Source of the DNA: an uncultured Acidobacteriota bacterium
GTDB taxonomy: Bacteria; Acidobacteriota; Terriglobia; UBA7540
NCBI GenBank assembly: GCA_963804995.1
Contig: CAWDSK010000002.1
Location: forward strand, 224,001-288,000
Length of the DNA stretch: 64,000 nucleotides
Direction: 5' to 3'
The position numbers and the translations under genes are program-made. The notes beneath the pieces are model-generated. The model did no database searches, had not been told where the DNA came from, and was given only the letters and a program-made list of their open reading frames with translations. Within the stretch, counting starts at the first letter, position 1, and each line of letters opens with the position of its first letter. Shown piece after piece: positions 46,706 through 57,083 of this stretch.

Positions 46706-47173
46706 TCAGGCTGCGGTCTTCAGCGCGCCCTTTGCACGCTGGGAAGCTGCCTGGTGTTCAAACGCCCTGACCGTGAAATAGATCGCCTTGTCGAAGAAGT
46801 TTTCCACCAGCCGGTAGAGTTCCCTCTCCTGATGTAACTCCACGGCGGAATCCATCAGGCCTGCGGAACGAATGTAATCGTACAGATGATTCCGCGTGGA
46901 GATGAGTGCGAACACAATTTCCTCGAGGGGAACCCCTTCCTCGAAACGCCGCTTCGCCAGATCGCTGTAAGTGGCCTCAATCGGCTCCTCCGTCTTATGG
47001 CCGAGCCAATGGCCGAGATTCCGGTAGACGGTGTAGGTACGATAATGCAACTCCTCATAGGTCAATCGATGGTAATGGGGAGTACGAAAATGAGTCTGAA
47101 GCGTGGTGATAACTCCCCGCGTCAGTTCTTCCGCGTGGTCTTCAATCATCTGCACCAAGCGAACCGATAGCAT
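46706..47173 (-). CDS. Conserved helical hypothetical protein (RsbRD-N/globin-like, tentative)
   Basis: GAGGAGG RBS; MLSVRLVQMIEDHAEEL...FFDKAIYF. Confidence 0.65.
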   Translation of the reverse strand: MLSVRLVQMIEDHAEELTRGVITTLQTHFRTPHYHRLTYEELHYRTYTVYRNLGHWLGHKTEEPIEATYSDLAKRRFEEGVPLEEIVFALISTRNHLYDYIRSAGLMDSAVELHQERELYRLVENFFDKAIYFTVRAFEHQAASQRAKGALKTAA

Positions 47174-47331
47174 GGGGCGCCTCCTCGCTAACCTGTCTCT
47201 GGTTCGAGAAGTGGAACAATCTCGCGCTGGTTCGTGGCCACCATGAGGGCCTTCTTTTGCGAGGTTCGGGTGGACGAGCTGACCCAAGAGTAGCCCTCGG
47301 AGTGGCGATAGTCAAGCGAGGGGCACGGCAG

Positions 47332-49168
47332 GGGTGCGCGACATAAATGTAACGCTCTGGGCTGGCTCTTTTTTTGTCGCTTATATCCTAACGTATATGA
47401 TACGTTAGGATAGAGGAGGCCTTAACATGCCCCAATCCCTTGACGTCCTGGAGAACCAACGGGCGGAGTTGATCCGCCAGATCGCCCAACTGGGTGACCT
47501 CCGCAGTGGTTCGATCACCAGCATTACCGCCCGCTGCGGCAAGTCCAACTGTCACTGTCATCAGCCCCATCATCCCGGCCACGGCCCTAACTTCCGGCTC
47601 ACTTACAAGGTGCAGGGCCGGACCGTCAGCGAAACCTTCCCCAGCCCTGCCGCCCGGCACCAGGCGGAACGACAGATTGCCGAGTTCCGCAGGTTTCAAC
47701 AACTGCGCCGGGCCTTCGTGGAGGTGAACGAAAAAATCTGCCGTCAGCGCCCCCTCCCCCAGGAGGCCGAAGCGGCGGAGCAGGAAAAAAAACGGCGGAA
47801 GCCATTCAGCGGGAAGTGGCGCGAGAAGTAGAGTCCCTGCTGGCGGTGATCTTTGCTGGGCGGCGCAAGTCCGGGACGCTGGATTTGGAAGCCGTCGAGA
47901 TGGCCACACGCGCGGCCTTGCACCGGGCGGGGGCGGCGGTGCTGGAGGAGTTGCTGGCCGCCCCGGACGAGTGCCCTCGCCAAGTTCCCTGCGGCTGTGG
48001 TCGGGGGGCACCCTACCGCGGCAGGCGTCGGAAGCAACTGCTGACCGTGCTGGGGCGGGTCGAGACCGAGCGTCCCTATTACGTTTGTCCGGCCTGTCAC
48101 CGGGGACAGAGTCCCCGCGATCAGGAACTGGATGTGGAGGGCACGGAATATTCTCCTGGGGTGCGACGGATGATGGCGGTGGTGGGCAGCGAAACCTCCT
48201 TTGCGCTCGGTCGAGAACAACTGCAACTGCTGGCCGGGTTGGAGGTGACCACCAAGGCCGTGGAACGGCAGGCAGAGGCTCTGGGCGCCGAGATTGCTGC
48301 CCAGGAACAAGCCTCAATCCAGCAAGGCCTGCAACGGAACTTGCCGCAGGTGAGGGGACCGGAAATTCCGGTACTCTATGTGGAGATGGATGGGACGGGA
48401 GTACCGGTGGTGAGTTCGGAAACCGAGGGTCGAGCGGGGAAACAGAGCGAGCAAGCGCGCACGCGGGAAGTGAAATTAGGTTGTGTCTTCGCCCAGACGA
48501 CACGGGATGCCCGGGGCCGACCGGCGCGCGAAGAAGGCTCCACCACCTACACGGGAGGCATCGAAACGGCCGAGGTTTTTGGGCGACGCATCTACCTCGA
48601 AGCATATCGTCGGGGCTGGAACCGGGCCCAAAAGAAAGTGGTGATCGGCGATGGTGCTCCTTGGATTTGGAACCTCACCGCCGAGCACTTTCCGGGAGCC
48701 ATTCAGATTGTGGATCTTTATCATGCCCGACAGCACTTATGGGAGCTGTCGGGCCAGCTCTGGCCCACCGACGAGCGCCACCGCCGAAGGTGGACCAGAA
48801 AACGGGAGGAGAAGTTGGAGAGCGGGCGGATCGAATCCCTAGTGCGCGATTTGCGCTCGCTGTTCCCAGCCACGCCCGAAGCCGCCGAACTCTTGCGCCA
48901 CGCGGCAGATTATTTTACCGTCAACGCCCAACGGATGCGCTATCCGACCTTTCGGCGTCAGCATCTGTTCGTAGGTTCCGGGGTCGTCGAAGCCGGCTGC
49001 AAAACCCTCATCGGCACTCGGCTGAAGCGCTCCGGTATGTTCTGGAGGGTCCGCGGGGCCAATGCCATCATCGCCCTTCGCTGCCATCGCTTGAGCGGCA
49101 AATTCGAGGATTACTGGGAGAACCGTCGCCCCCGCGCGGCCTGACCCACACAGATTTGTCGCACACCC
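47332..49168 (+). mobile_element. ISKra4-family insertion sequence
   Basis: Imperfect TIRs GGGTGCGCGACATAAATGT / revcomp GGGTGTGCGACAAATCTGT; no obvious target duplication. Confidence 0.8.
47427..49144 (+). CDS. ISKra4 transposase: DUF6788-like ORF (47427-47831) plus DDE ORF, joined by a probable -1 frameshift at A8 47785-47792
   Basis: CGKSNCHC...HGP, EMDGTG, IGDGAPWIW, VDLYHA and GSGVVEAGCK motifs. Confidence 0.85.
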
Positions 49169-49327
49169 GTTGAAGGGGCCAAGCCAGAATGGTTCAACAG
49201 GCGGCATGGAAAGTCCAAAAGTTCAGAGCGTTGGTTTTCCGACTACGGCCTGTCCAGGTTCTGGCGTGACATGCCTAAGGCGCTCACTGTCCGAGGCATT
49301 TCACCTTCAACCCTCAACCTTAAACCT

Positions 49328-49747
49328 TCAACTGGTCCTTAAATGGTAAAGCATCCAGTACACCGCGACCCCGGTGACGGAGACATAGAGCCACAGGGGC
49401 AGCGTCCAGCGAGCGACACGGCGGTGCAGGTCGAAGCGCTCGCGCCAGGCGCGGTAGAGCGTGGTGAGTACCAGGGGAACGATCGCAACGGCCAGGATCG
49501 TGTGCGAGCCGAGTAGCGTGAGGTAGAAGTTGCGGACGAAGCCATGGCCCGGGAAGCGCGTCACACCGTGGAAGTAGTGGTAGGTCAAGTAGCAAATGAG
49601 AAAGAGAACTGAAGTGGCAAAGGCGGAGAGCATGCAGGCCTTGTGCGCCGGAATGTTCCTGCGTCGAATGAAGTAGAAACCGCAGGCCAGCAGCAAGGCG
49701 CTTGCGGCGTTGAGCGTGGCGTCAACAGCAGGGAGGTAAGGGATCAT
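49328..49747 (-). CDS. DUF420 membrane protein
   Basis: HKACMLSAF, FLICYLTYH and HRRVARWTLPLWLYVSVTG motifs; at the end of the oxidase cluster. Confidence 0.88.
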   Translation of the reverse strand: MIPYLPAVDATLNAASALLLACGFYFIRRRNIPAHKACMLSAFATSVLFLICYLTYHYFHGVTRFPGHGFVRNFYLTLLGSHTILAVAIVPLVLTTLYRAWRERFDLHRRVARWTLPLWLYVSVTGVAVYWMLYHLRTS

Positions 49748-50073
49748 TTGGAATCCGTGGTGGCTTCACTTGAGGAATCGCTTGACGAGGAAGATTTCCG
49801 GAATCCTTTCAGCAGGGCTTGGGCCTCGCCGGTGTAAATTGACCAGGCGATGTTCCCTCCAAAGACGGTGGCCAGCGTCAGGCTGATCAAGGTTAGCCAG
49901 AGTCCATCGATGGAAAAGAAGCGGCCGGTGGCGAGTTCCCAAACGACCAAACCTAACCCGCCAACCGCCAGGAGGAGACAGAAGACGATTAGGAAAACGT
50001 CCTCCAGCAGGGCAACTCCTTCTTCGCCCTGCTGGACTTCACCGGTAGATTGAGCCTGTGCCATTACTGTCAC
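49744..50073 (-). CDS. Two-TM hypothetical protein
   Basis: Two hydrophobic segments; ATGA overlap with the DUF420 gene. Confidence 0.6.
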   Translation of the reverse strand: MTVMAQAQSTGEVQQGEEGVALLEDVFLIVFCLLLAVGGLGLVVWELATGRFFSIDGLWLTLISLTLATVFGGNIAWSIYTGEAQALLKGFRKSSSSSDSSSEATTDSK

Positions 50074-50295
50074 CTCGAAGGTCTCTTAGAGTTTGGGATA
50101 CAGGAGGCCCCATGCAATTCGTCCAAAAATGGGCTTTTTGACCCATCCCCCAAGTATCGGGTTGTGTTAATCCATCCGCTAAGTTGCCCGGAATCAATCA
50201 ATTTCCTATGGCAACTCAATTGCACTAACATAAATGCTACCCGGTCACCGGTCCCCTGAACATGATTGCCAGAGGGCTGGAAGGAGGCAGAAACC

Positions 50296-50682
50296 ATGGC
50301 AACCGACCTAAAAGAGATTATAGAACAACTCAAGCTGCAAAGAGACATTCTGAAAGACGGCGGGTATGGCCGCTCCGTGCGCACACCCTGGAAAGCGGAG
50401 ATTCTCTTTCGCGACTCCGTCACCTGCCTGAACGTTGGTGAGCAGGTCAAGAAACACCCGTGCAACGAATGCCTCCTGTGGGAATGGGTGCCCGAGGAGC
50501 ATAAGGACCAGGACATCCCCTGCCACTTCATCCCGCTGAATGAGCAAGGTAAGAGCATTGCGGAGTTGGAAGAAGCTGGAAAGCACGAGGAAGCCGAGCA
50601 AGCGTTGCGGGTTTGGTTGGATTCCACGATTGAGAAGTTGGAAGAGAAACTTGCGAAGGAGGAGCCAGGAGTCAGAAGCTAG
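50296..50682 (+). CDS. Cys-containing hypothetical protein
   Basis: AAGGAGG RBS; C...CxxC...CH arrangement. Confidence 0.7.
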   Translation: MATDLKEIIEQLKLQRDILKDGGYGRSVRTPWKAEILFRDSVTCLNVGEQVKKHPCNECLLWEWVPEEHKDQDIPCHFIPLNEQGKSIAELEEAGKHEEAEQALRVWLDSTIEKLEEKLAKEEPGVRS

Positions 50683-50865
50683 AAACTAGAAGTTAGAAGC
50701 TAGGAGTTAGGAGTCAGAATAAGGACTACCAATCTCATGACTTCTCGGTTCTGACTTCTAACTCCTCGCTTCTAACCCCTTCCTTCAAGCCAGGAGCTAG
50801 AAGAGGGGTCGCTTTTCTTCTGACTCCCAACTCCTAGCTCCTAACTCCTAACTCCTAACTCCTTC

Positions 50866-51798
50866 TTATCTCCCCCGCGTCTGATCGAACATCAAAAGCG
50901 CAAAAACCAAGGGCAAGTAAACAATCGACGCCATCAGCAATTGCTTGGCGAGCACGTTGGTCCGCGTGGCCGCCAGGCGCGCGCCGGAATACAAGAATCC
51001 CGCCCCAAGAATTCCTGACCCCACTAAGTAAATTGCTCCGGCGTGCCCGGTCAGAGCCGGAATCAAGCTCACCGGCAGGAGCGCGAGTGTACAGCCCAGG
51101 ATTTGCCGGACGGTCTGGCGGCCGTCGCCATCGTTTCGCGGAAGCATTTGCAAACCCGCGCGCGCGTAATCCTCACGATACATCCAGGCAATCGCCAGAA
51201 GATGCGGGAACTGCCACAAGAAAAGGATCGCGTAAAGCACCCACGCTTCAGCGCTCAGACCGTTGCGGACCGCCGCCCAGCCGATTAGCGGCGGCATGGC
51301 TCCGGGGAATGCGCCGACCAGAGTGCAAAGGGGCGTCTGCCGCTTGAGCGGGGTGTAGAGAGCAAGATACGTGGCAAGGGTCGCGAGCGCCAGCACGCTG
51401 GTGAGCGGATTCGCGACGATCCAGAGTTCCGCGCCGCCCGCGACCGCAAGCAGGATTCCGAACCAGAGAGCTTCCGCAGGCGCCAAACGCCCCGCCGGCA
51501 AGGGTCGGTTCGCTGTGCGGCGCATGAAGGCGTCGGTGCGGCGCTCGAGGTATTGATTGAGCGTGCCGGTGCCGCTGGCTACGAGCAACGTCCCCATCAA
51601 CGTGTGGAAGAGCAGCCAGCCGTTCATGGCCCCAGTGGTGGCGAGCGAAAACCCCACCAGGGCGCTTACCAGAACCAGGAAGTTGACTTCGGGCTTGGTC
51701 AGCGTCCAGTAGTCCGCCAAGTGTACAAGCCAAGCCGGGTGTGCGGGCTGAGCCAGGATTACGCCCGCGATTTGCGAGTTTTGCTTGCCACGCGTCAT
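50866..51798 (-). CDS. ctaB: Heme O synthase (protoheme IX farnesyltransferase)
   Basis: LTKP, MRRTANRPLP, YTPLKR, GAFPGAMPPLIGW and WQFPH motifs. Confidence 0.93.
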   Translation of the reverse strand: MTRGKQNSQIAGVILAQPAHPAWLVHLADYWTLTKPEVNFLVLVSALVGFSLATTGAMNGWLLFHTLMGTLLVASGTGTLNQYLERRTDAFMRRTANRPLPAGRLAPAEALWFGILLAVAGGAELWIVANPLTSVLALATLATYLALYTPLKRQTPLCTLVGAFPGAMPPLIGWAAVRNGLSAEAWVLYAILFLWQFPHLLAIAWMYREDYARAGLQMLPRNDGDGRQTVRQILGCTLALLPVSLIPALTGHAGAIYLVGSGILGAGFLYSGARLAATRTNVLAKQLLMASIVYLPLVFALLMFDQTRGR

Positions 51799-52766
51799 GT
51801 AGTCGCCTGATGAGGATCCGAAGCGATCTTCATTTCTTCCTTGGGAGTCGTAAGATAGCGATGCGTCTGATAGGTGAGGTATAGACTCGTCACCATGACC
51901 AGCGCCCCCACCGCCACGTGCGTTGTGGTGATGTCCACCACGGGCGGCTGCGGCTGCGGAGCACCCAGCGCCGCCATCTTCATAATGTAGGAACCAATGC
52001 CCAGAAAGACCTGCACCACCAGTAGTCCGCCCAGGAGCAGCGCGGGCCGCAGCAGCGCAGGCTCTATCGCGAAGTGGGTCACGATCCGCACAATAACCCA
52101 GCCCACCAGCAAGGTGACCACGCAGGCGCCCACCACGTGCGGGGCGATCCTCCCGAATTCAGAATGACGAAAAACAGCCCCGAGGATCAATTGCATCAGG
52201 ATGACCCCCGTCGTGGCGATCGTGAGATGCTGCAACGACGGAGAGGACGCGTCCTCAAGCTTCGCCCCATCCCAGCGCCAGTCGGCGCGAGTGAAGAAAG
52301 CCAGGCTTGCCGTGAGGCAGAAGAAGATCTGTCCCAGGGTCGCGTGGGCGGTGGAAATCGCCACGGGCAGATAGAACAGCACCGTGATGCCACCCAGAAG
52401 GGCTTGGGCAAAAACTGCCATCACTGCCCCGAAGCCCACCCAACGTAGCCAGCGACGCGAATCCTTCATCCAGAGCCCAATCACCAGCAGAATAGTAAGA
52501 ATGCCAACCGTTCCAGCAATCATGCGATGGCCGTGCTCAAACTTTATTCCTCCCACCATACGCGGCATGCGGAAGGTGCCGAACGAGGTGGGCCAGTCGG
52601 GTACGGAAAGGCCGGCATCGTTGCCGGTCACCAGAGCGCCCGCAATTATCAGAAGGAACGTGCAGCAGGCGACGAACGTCGCGTAACGATGAAGCCAAGG
52701 ATGGTTTTCCCCCATTGGATTTACCTTGCCCCTTGAGATTTGGATGACCTCCAACTCCTGATTCAC
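51795..52766 (-). CDS. ctaA: Heme A synthase
   Basis: GLSVPDWP, EHGHR and QALLGG motifs; conserved His residues. Confidence 0.88.
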   Translation of the reverse strand: MNQELEVIQISRGKVNPMGENHPWLHRYATFVACCTFLLIIAGALVTGNDAGLSVPDWPTSFGTFRMPRMVGGIKFEHGHRMIAGTVGILTILLVIGLWMKDSRRWLRWVGFGAVMAVFAQALLGGITVLFYLPVAISTAHATLGQIFFCLTASLAFFTRADWRWDGAKLEDASSPSLQHLTIATTGVILMQLILGAVFRHSEFGRIAPHVVGACVVTLLVGWVIVRIVTHFAIEPALLRPALLLGGLLVVQVFLGIGSYIMKMAALGAPQPQPPVVDITTTHVAVGALVMVTSLYLTYQTHRYLTTPKEEMKIASDPHQATT

Positions 52767-53161
52767 GGCTTCGCGACGGGCTCAATTTCCCCGAGCATTT
52801 CGCGCAACTCGCGATCATGCTCAGGCTGCCAGTCGGCCGGGTAACGGAACCTGTTCCGGTATTTATAGATTACCACGGCTATGATTGCGAAAATCACCAT
52901 GGGCGGCACCAGCAAAATCAAGGTGCCGTTGGCAAGGGCTTCCTTCGCGCCCGTCTTTGCCGCGGAAGCACTGTTATAACACATGGCGCAACCCTGGGCG
53001 TGAAGGGCTGCAGGCAGTAGGCAGAAAGCAGAAGGCAGTAGGCAGTAGGCAGTAAGCAGCAATTTCGAGATTCGGGATTTGAAACCTGCAAGGCTGCGGC
53101 CAATTTCCGATTGACGATTGTCGATTGTCGATTGCCGTGCCACATCCATATGCCTTCTCAC
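52763..53161 (-). CDS. Small membrane protein with CxxC (QGCAMC); N-terminus built from heptamer repeats
   Basis: AQGCAMCY...NGTLILLVPP TM; true start uncertain. Confidence 0.6.
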   Translation of the reverse strand: MRRHMDVARQSTIDNRQSEIGRSLAGFKSRISKLLLTAYCLLPSAFCLLPAALHAQGCAMCYNSASAAKTGAKEALANGTLILLVPPMVIFAIIAVVIYKYRNRFRYPADWQPEHDRELREMLGEIEPVAKP

Positions 53162-53273
53162 CTAATTCCCGCTTACCCTGCCCACTGCTTCCTGCCTATA
53201 CCCTGTTGCCTTCTGCCTACTTCCCACCGATTTCCGCCTTCCGCCTACCGCTTTCTGCTTTCTGTCTGCTGCT

Positions 53274-53588
53274 CTAATGCGGCCTCATATGCAGCAGACG
53301 TAGGCTGTCAGGGAGGAAGATGTTCATCAGTACGATGACAATTACCAGCGCTGGCATCAGGGCGAGCGCCATACTTGCCCGCTCGTATCGGAGGTGCATA
53401 AAGTAAGCGATGATTAACCCCGCCTTGATGACCGAAAGGCCCATCAGCAGGATGAGCATGAGCTTCAATTCCAGTTGCTTGTACCCCAGAAAGACCTCAA
53501 CGGCGGTCAGTGCCAGGAGCCAGAACCAGACAATCATGAAAACCCGTGTCGTGCCCTCGGCGTGGGTGTGTTCCGTTAACGAGCTCAT
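53274..53588 (-). CDS. Cytochrome c oxidase subunit IV family
   Basis: LLALTAVEV and KAGLIIAYFMHLRYE motifs. Confidence 0.88.
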   Translation of the reverse strand: MSSLTEHTHAEGTTRVFMIVWFWLLALTAVEVFLGYKQLELKLMLILLMGLSVIKAGLIIAYFMHLRYERASMALALMPALVIVIVLMNIFLPDSLRLLHMRPH

Positions 53589-53774
53589 GAAACCTCCAGA
53601 AGACGAATATCGAAACTCGAAATTCGAAACTCGCAAATCCCCCGCTATGTCATCCCCGCGAAATCTCGAATCCATGACCTCATGAACACCCCCCTTCGGG
53701 GGGGCGCCGTCGCGGGGAGTGATTCCCGAGTTTCCATTTTCGAATTCCGTCCTTTTCCGACAATGGACACTCTA

Positions 53775-54422
53775 TCATCCTTGCTTGATCGAAAGAATGT
53801 AGACCAGCGGGAAGATGAACATCCACACCAGGTCGACGAAGTGCCAGTAGAGTCCCGCAACCTCCACATCTTCCGACCCCAGTTTGCCTTTGCCGAACCA
53901 GCCCGCTACCACGGCCAGGTATACGACGCCGCAGAAGACGTGCGTCATGTGCAGCCCGGTGAGCGTGAAGAAGGCCGCGCCGAACAACGGCGAGCCCCAG
54001 GGATTGTGGAACAGCCGCACGCCTTCCCCCAACAATCCCGCCCACTCCGTCGCGTGGATGATAATGAACAGTAAGCCGCCCGCCATAGTGGCCAGGATCC
54101 ACTTCACTGCCGAGGCGCGTTGTTCAAGCTTTGCGGCCCGCACCGCCATTACCATGGTCACGGAGCTCGAAAGCAGAATAAAGGTCATCACCGTGGCCTT
54201 TATCAGGGCGGGATAGAAATCAAATGGCGTCGGCCAGTTGTCGCTAGCCACGCGCACGTAACAATAGGCCATCAGCAGCGCGCCAAAAGTAATGGCGTCC
54301 GACATGATAAAGAGCCACATGCCGAGCTTTTTCGAACCCGTGGCGAACGGCGCAACGCCGCCCCCCCACGCCGATTCCTGGAGACCCTGGAGATTTGCGC
54401 CAATCGCTTCGTGGCTCGCCAT
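53775..54422 (-). CDS. Cytochrome c oxidase subunit III
   Basis: KLGMWLFIMSD, FFTLTGLHMTHV and GLYWHFVDLVW motifs. Confidence 0.9.
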   Translation of the reverse strand: MASHEAIGANLQGLQESAWGGGVAPFATGSKKLGMWLFIMSDAITFGALLMAYCYVRVASDNWPTPFDFYPALIKATVMTFILLSSSVTMVMAVRAAKLEQRASAVKWILATMAGGLLFIIIHATEWAGLLGEGVRLFHNPWGSPLFGAAFFTLTGLHMTHVFCGVVYLAVVAGWFGKGKLGSEDVEVAGLYWHFVDLVWMFIFPLVYILSIKQG

Positions 54423-54423
54423 G

Positions 54424-55092
54424 CTATGCCCACCTCGTCAGTAGGAAGAAGATGTAAATCCAAAGCGCATCCATAAAGTGCCAGTAGATGGCGGTAACAT
54501 CGAGCGCCGTGCGGCGCTCCCACCCGCGCGCCATGCGGACGCCGTGAGACACCACGTAACCGAGCGCCAGGACACCGCCCGCAAGGTGCACGGCGTGCGT
54601 GATGGTCAGAACGTAAAAGAACGCGCTGCTGGGGTTAGTCGAAAGATAAACGCCGCGCGCCGCAAGCCCACGCCAGGCCACGAGCTGCCCGGCAAGGAAC
54701 CCCAGACCCAGCACCACTGTCGCTGCCAGCCAGCGGATAAAATTCACTGCCGCGCGGTCGGTCAACGCGCGCCTGGCAAACTCCAGCGTCAGGCTGCTCG
54801 CAATCAGTATGCCGGTATTTGCCCAGAGGACACGTGGCAGGGCGATTGAAACCCAGTCGAACGACATCCCACGGCGCACCACCATGGCGCTGGTGAAAGC
54901 CGCGAAAAGCATTACGATTCCAATGAGCGCGAACCACATCCCCAGTTGGTAAGTACGGCTTGGAACACGATACTCCGGGAGGCCAGAGTCGCCGCCACCC
55001 CCGCCGAAACCATTGCCGCCCGGACCGCGGCCGTGATCGTCCAGCTTCCCGTCTGCTTCAGGCCTTGTCGGTGTGAGGATGGTTGATGCCAT
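54424..55092 (-). CDS. Cytochrome c oxidase subunit III-like (second copy)
   Basis: LGMWF, FFYVLTITHAVHL and YWHFMDALW motifs. Confidence 0.88.
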   Translation of the reverse strand: MASTILTPTRPEADGKLDDHGRGPGGNGFGGGGGDSGLPEYRVPSRTYQLGMWFALIGIVMLFAAFTSAMVVRRGMSFDWVSIALPRVLWANTGILIASSLTLEFARRALTDRAAVNFIRWLAATVVLGLGFLAGQLVAWRGLAARGVYLSTNPSSAFFYVLTITHAVHLAGGVLALGYVVSHGVRMARGWERRTALDVTAIYWHFMDALWIYIFFLLTRWA

Positions 55093-55165
55093 GATCCTTC
55101 TTTCGAAACTCGAAATTTGCCAAGCTTGATTAAGTTAGCCCCGAATTTCGATCGTCTGATTCCTG

Positions 55166-56947
55166 CTAATATTCCTTCACCACTTCCGTAGAATTCTGCA
55201 TGACGTAATCCTTCTCCGCGCCCGGGACGGCGAACTCATAGGGACCGTGATGAACCACGGGATGCACGCCGGCAAAATTGTCGAAAGGCGGTGGCGAAGG
55301 AATCGTCCACTCAAGCGTGGTGGCTTCCCAGGGATTCCCCGTTGCTTTCTTGCCCCAAAACATGCTCCAGATGAGATTTACGAAAAATATGATCTGGGCC
55401 GCGCCGGTGATGAACGCCGCGATCGAAATGAACTTGTGCAACCTCATCAGCGGCAACAGGAAGTTGTCAATAAATTCCGAGTAGCGCCGGGGATTGCCTT
55501 CCAGACCCAGATAATGCATGGGCATGAAGATGGCGTACACGCCGACGAAGGTGATCCCAAAATGGATTTTGCCCAGTGTCTCGTTCATCATGCGGCCGAA
55601 CATCTTGGGGAACCAGAAAGCGGTTCCCGCGAACATACCGAAGATGGCCGCTACACCCATGATCAGATGGAAATGGGCGAGGACAAAGTAAGTGTCGTGG
55701 AAATAGATGTCGATGGGGGGTTGGCCCAGGAAGATTCCGGAAAGGCCGCCGCTCACGAAGATCGAAACGAAACCGAGGGCGTAGAGCATCGGCGTTTGGA
55801 AGCGGATCCGGCCACCCAGAAGCGTCCCGAGCCAATTGAAGGTCTTGATGGCGGACGGCACGCCGATGGCCATGGTGAGGATTGAGAACGCGAAGCCCGA
55901 GTACGGGCTCATGCCACTTACGAACATGTGGTGGCCCCAAACCCCGAATCCTAAAACCGCGATGGCCGCCATGGCGTATACCATGGCGCGGTAACCGAAG
56001 ATGGGCTTGCGCGCAAAGGTGGAGAGAATGTGCGAAGTCACGCCCATGCCCGGCAGGATCGCGATGTAAACCTCCGGATGGCCGAAGAACCAGAAGAGAT
56101 GCTGCCAAAGCAGTGGCGAGCCGCCGGTGTGATTCGACAAAATCTTGTCGCTGACAATCAACCCGCCGGGGATGAAGAAGCTTGTGCCACCCATGCGATC
56201 CAGCAGTAGGAGGACGCCCGCCGCCAACAGAACTGCAAATGACAGGAGACCGAGGATGGCCGTCAGGAACCATGCCCAGCAGGTCAGGGGCAGCCTCATC
56301 AAGGAAAGCCCGCGCGCACGCAAATCCAGAGTGGTGGCAATAAAGTTGATGGCACCCAGCATCGATGCGACGCAGAAGATGGCGATGGAGAATACCCAAA
56401 GCGTCTCACCTACTGCCATGCCCGGTCCGGCGGCCCCTCCCACGGCGGACAGTGGCGGGTAAGACGTCCAGCCGCCAATGGGCGGACCGTCATGGATAAA
56501 GAACGTGGCAATCAGGACCACGAGACCGAGGAGTGTCACCCAGAAGGAAAGCATGTTGAGGCGCGGGAAGGCCATGTCTTCCGCGCCGATTTGGATTGGC
56601 AGGAAATAATTGCCGAAGCCGCTCTGGGGCGCGGTGGTGAGCACGAAGAAAACCATCAGCGTACCGTGCAGAGTCAGGAGCGAAAGGTAGTACTCGGGGC
56701 TAATCACCCCGTTGGGCGCTCCGAGGGGTGAGAGTTTGTCGAGGAGCGGCACGCTCGCCTGCGGCCACACCAAATGGAGGCGCATCAGGATGGAGAGCGT
56801 GAGGCCGATAAACACACTGAATAACGCGAGGAACCAATACTGGATGCCAATCACCTTGTGGTCGAGGCTGAAAATGTATTTCCAGATGAAACCCTTCGGA
56901 GCCTCGTGCCGGTGAATTGCTTCCGCGTGTGCTTCTGCCATCAACAA
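55166..56947 (-). CDS. ctaD: Heme-copper oxidase subunit I (A1 type)
   Basis: DHKVIG, HGTLM, WFFGHPEVY, VWGHHM and AHFH motifs. Confidence 0.95.
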   Translation of the reverse strand: MLMAEAHAEAIHRHEAPKGFIWKYIFSLDHKVIGIQYWFLALFSVFIGLTLSILMRLHLVWPQASVPLLDKLSPLGAPNGVISPEYYLSLLTLHGTLMVFFVLTTAPQSGFGNYFLPIQIGAEDMAFPRLNMLSFWVTLLGLVVLIATFFIHDGPPIGGWTSYPPLSAVGGAAGPGMAVGETLWVFSIAIFCVASMLGAINFIATTLDLRARGLSLMRLPLTCWAWFLTAILGLLSFAVLLAAGVLLLLDRMGGTSFFIPGGLIVSDKILSNHTGGSPLLWQHLFWFFGHPEVYIAILPGMGVTSHILSTFARKPIFGYRAMVYAMAAIAVLGFGVWGHHMFVSGMSPYSGFAFSILTMAIGVPSAIKTFNWLGTLLGGRIRFQTPMLYALGFVSIFVSGGLSGIFLGQPPIDIYFHDTYFVLAHFHLIMGVAAIFGMFAGTAFWFPKMFGRMMNETLGKIHFGITFVGVYAIFMPMHYLGLEGNPRRYSEFIDNFLLPLMRLHKFISIAAFITGAAQIIFFVNLIWSMFWGKKATGNPWEATTLEWTIPSPPPFDNFAGVHPVVHHGPYEFAVPGAEKDYVMQNSTEVVKEY

Positions 56948-57083
56948 CCTCCGCTTTGAAGAAGGGAGAAGTTAGAAGCTGGAATGAAGAGCTTTGCCCC
57001 TCCGCCTTTCTTGTTGACGGCGGATTTCAGGCCTCTTCGGCCATTCCTTCTAACTTCTCACTTCTTATTCCTGACTCCTGCTC

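Noticed and set aside
47320..49180. Target-site duplication for the ISKra4 element
   Set aside because: The flanks (ggcacggcag / gttgaagggg) share no direct repeat.
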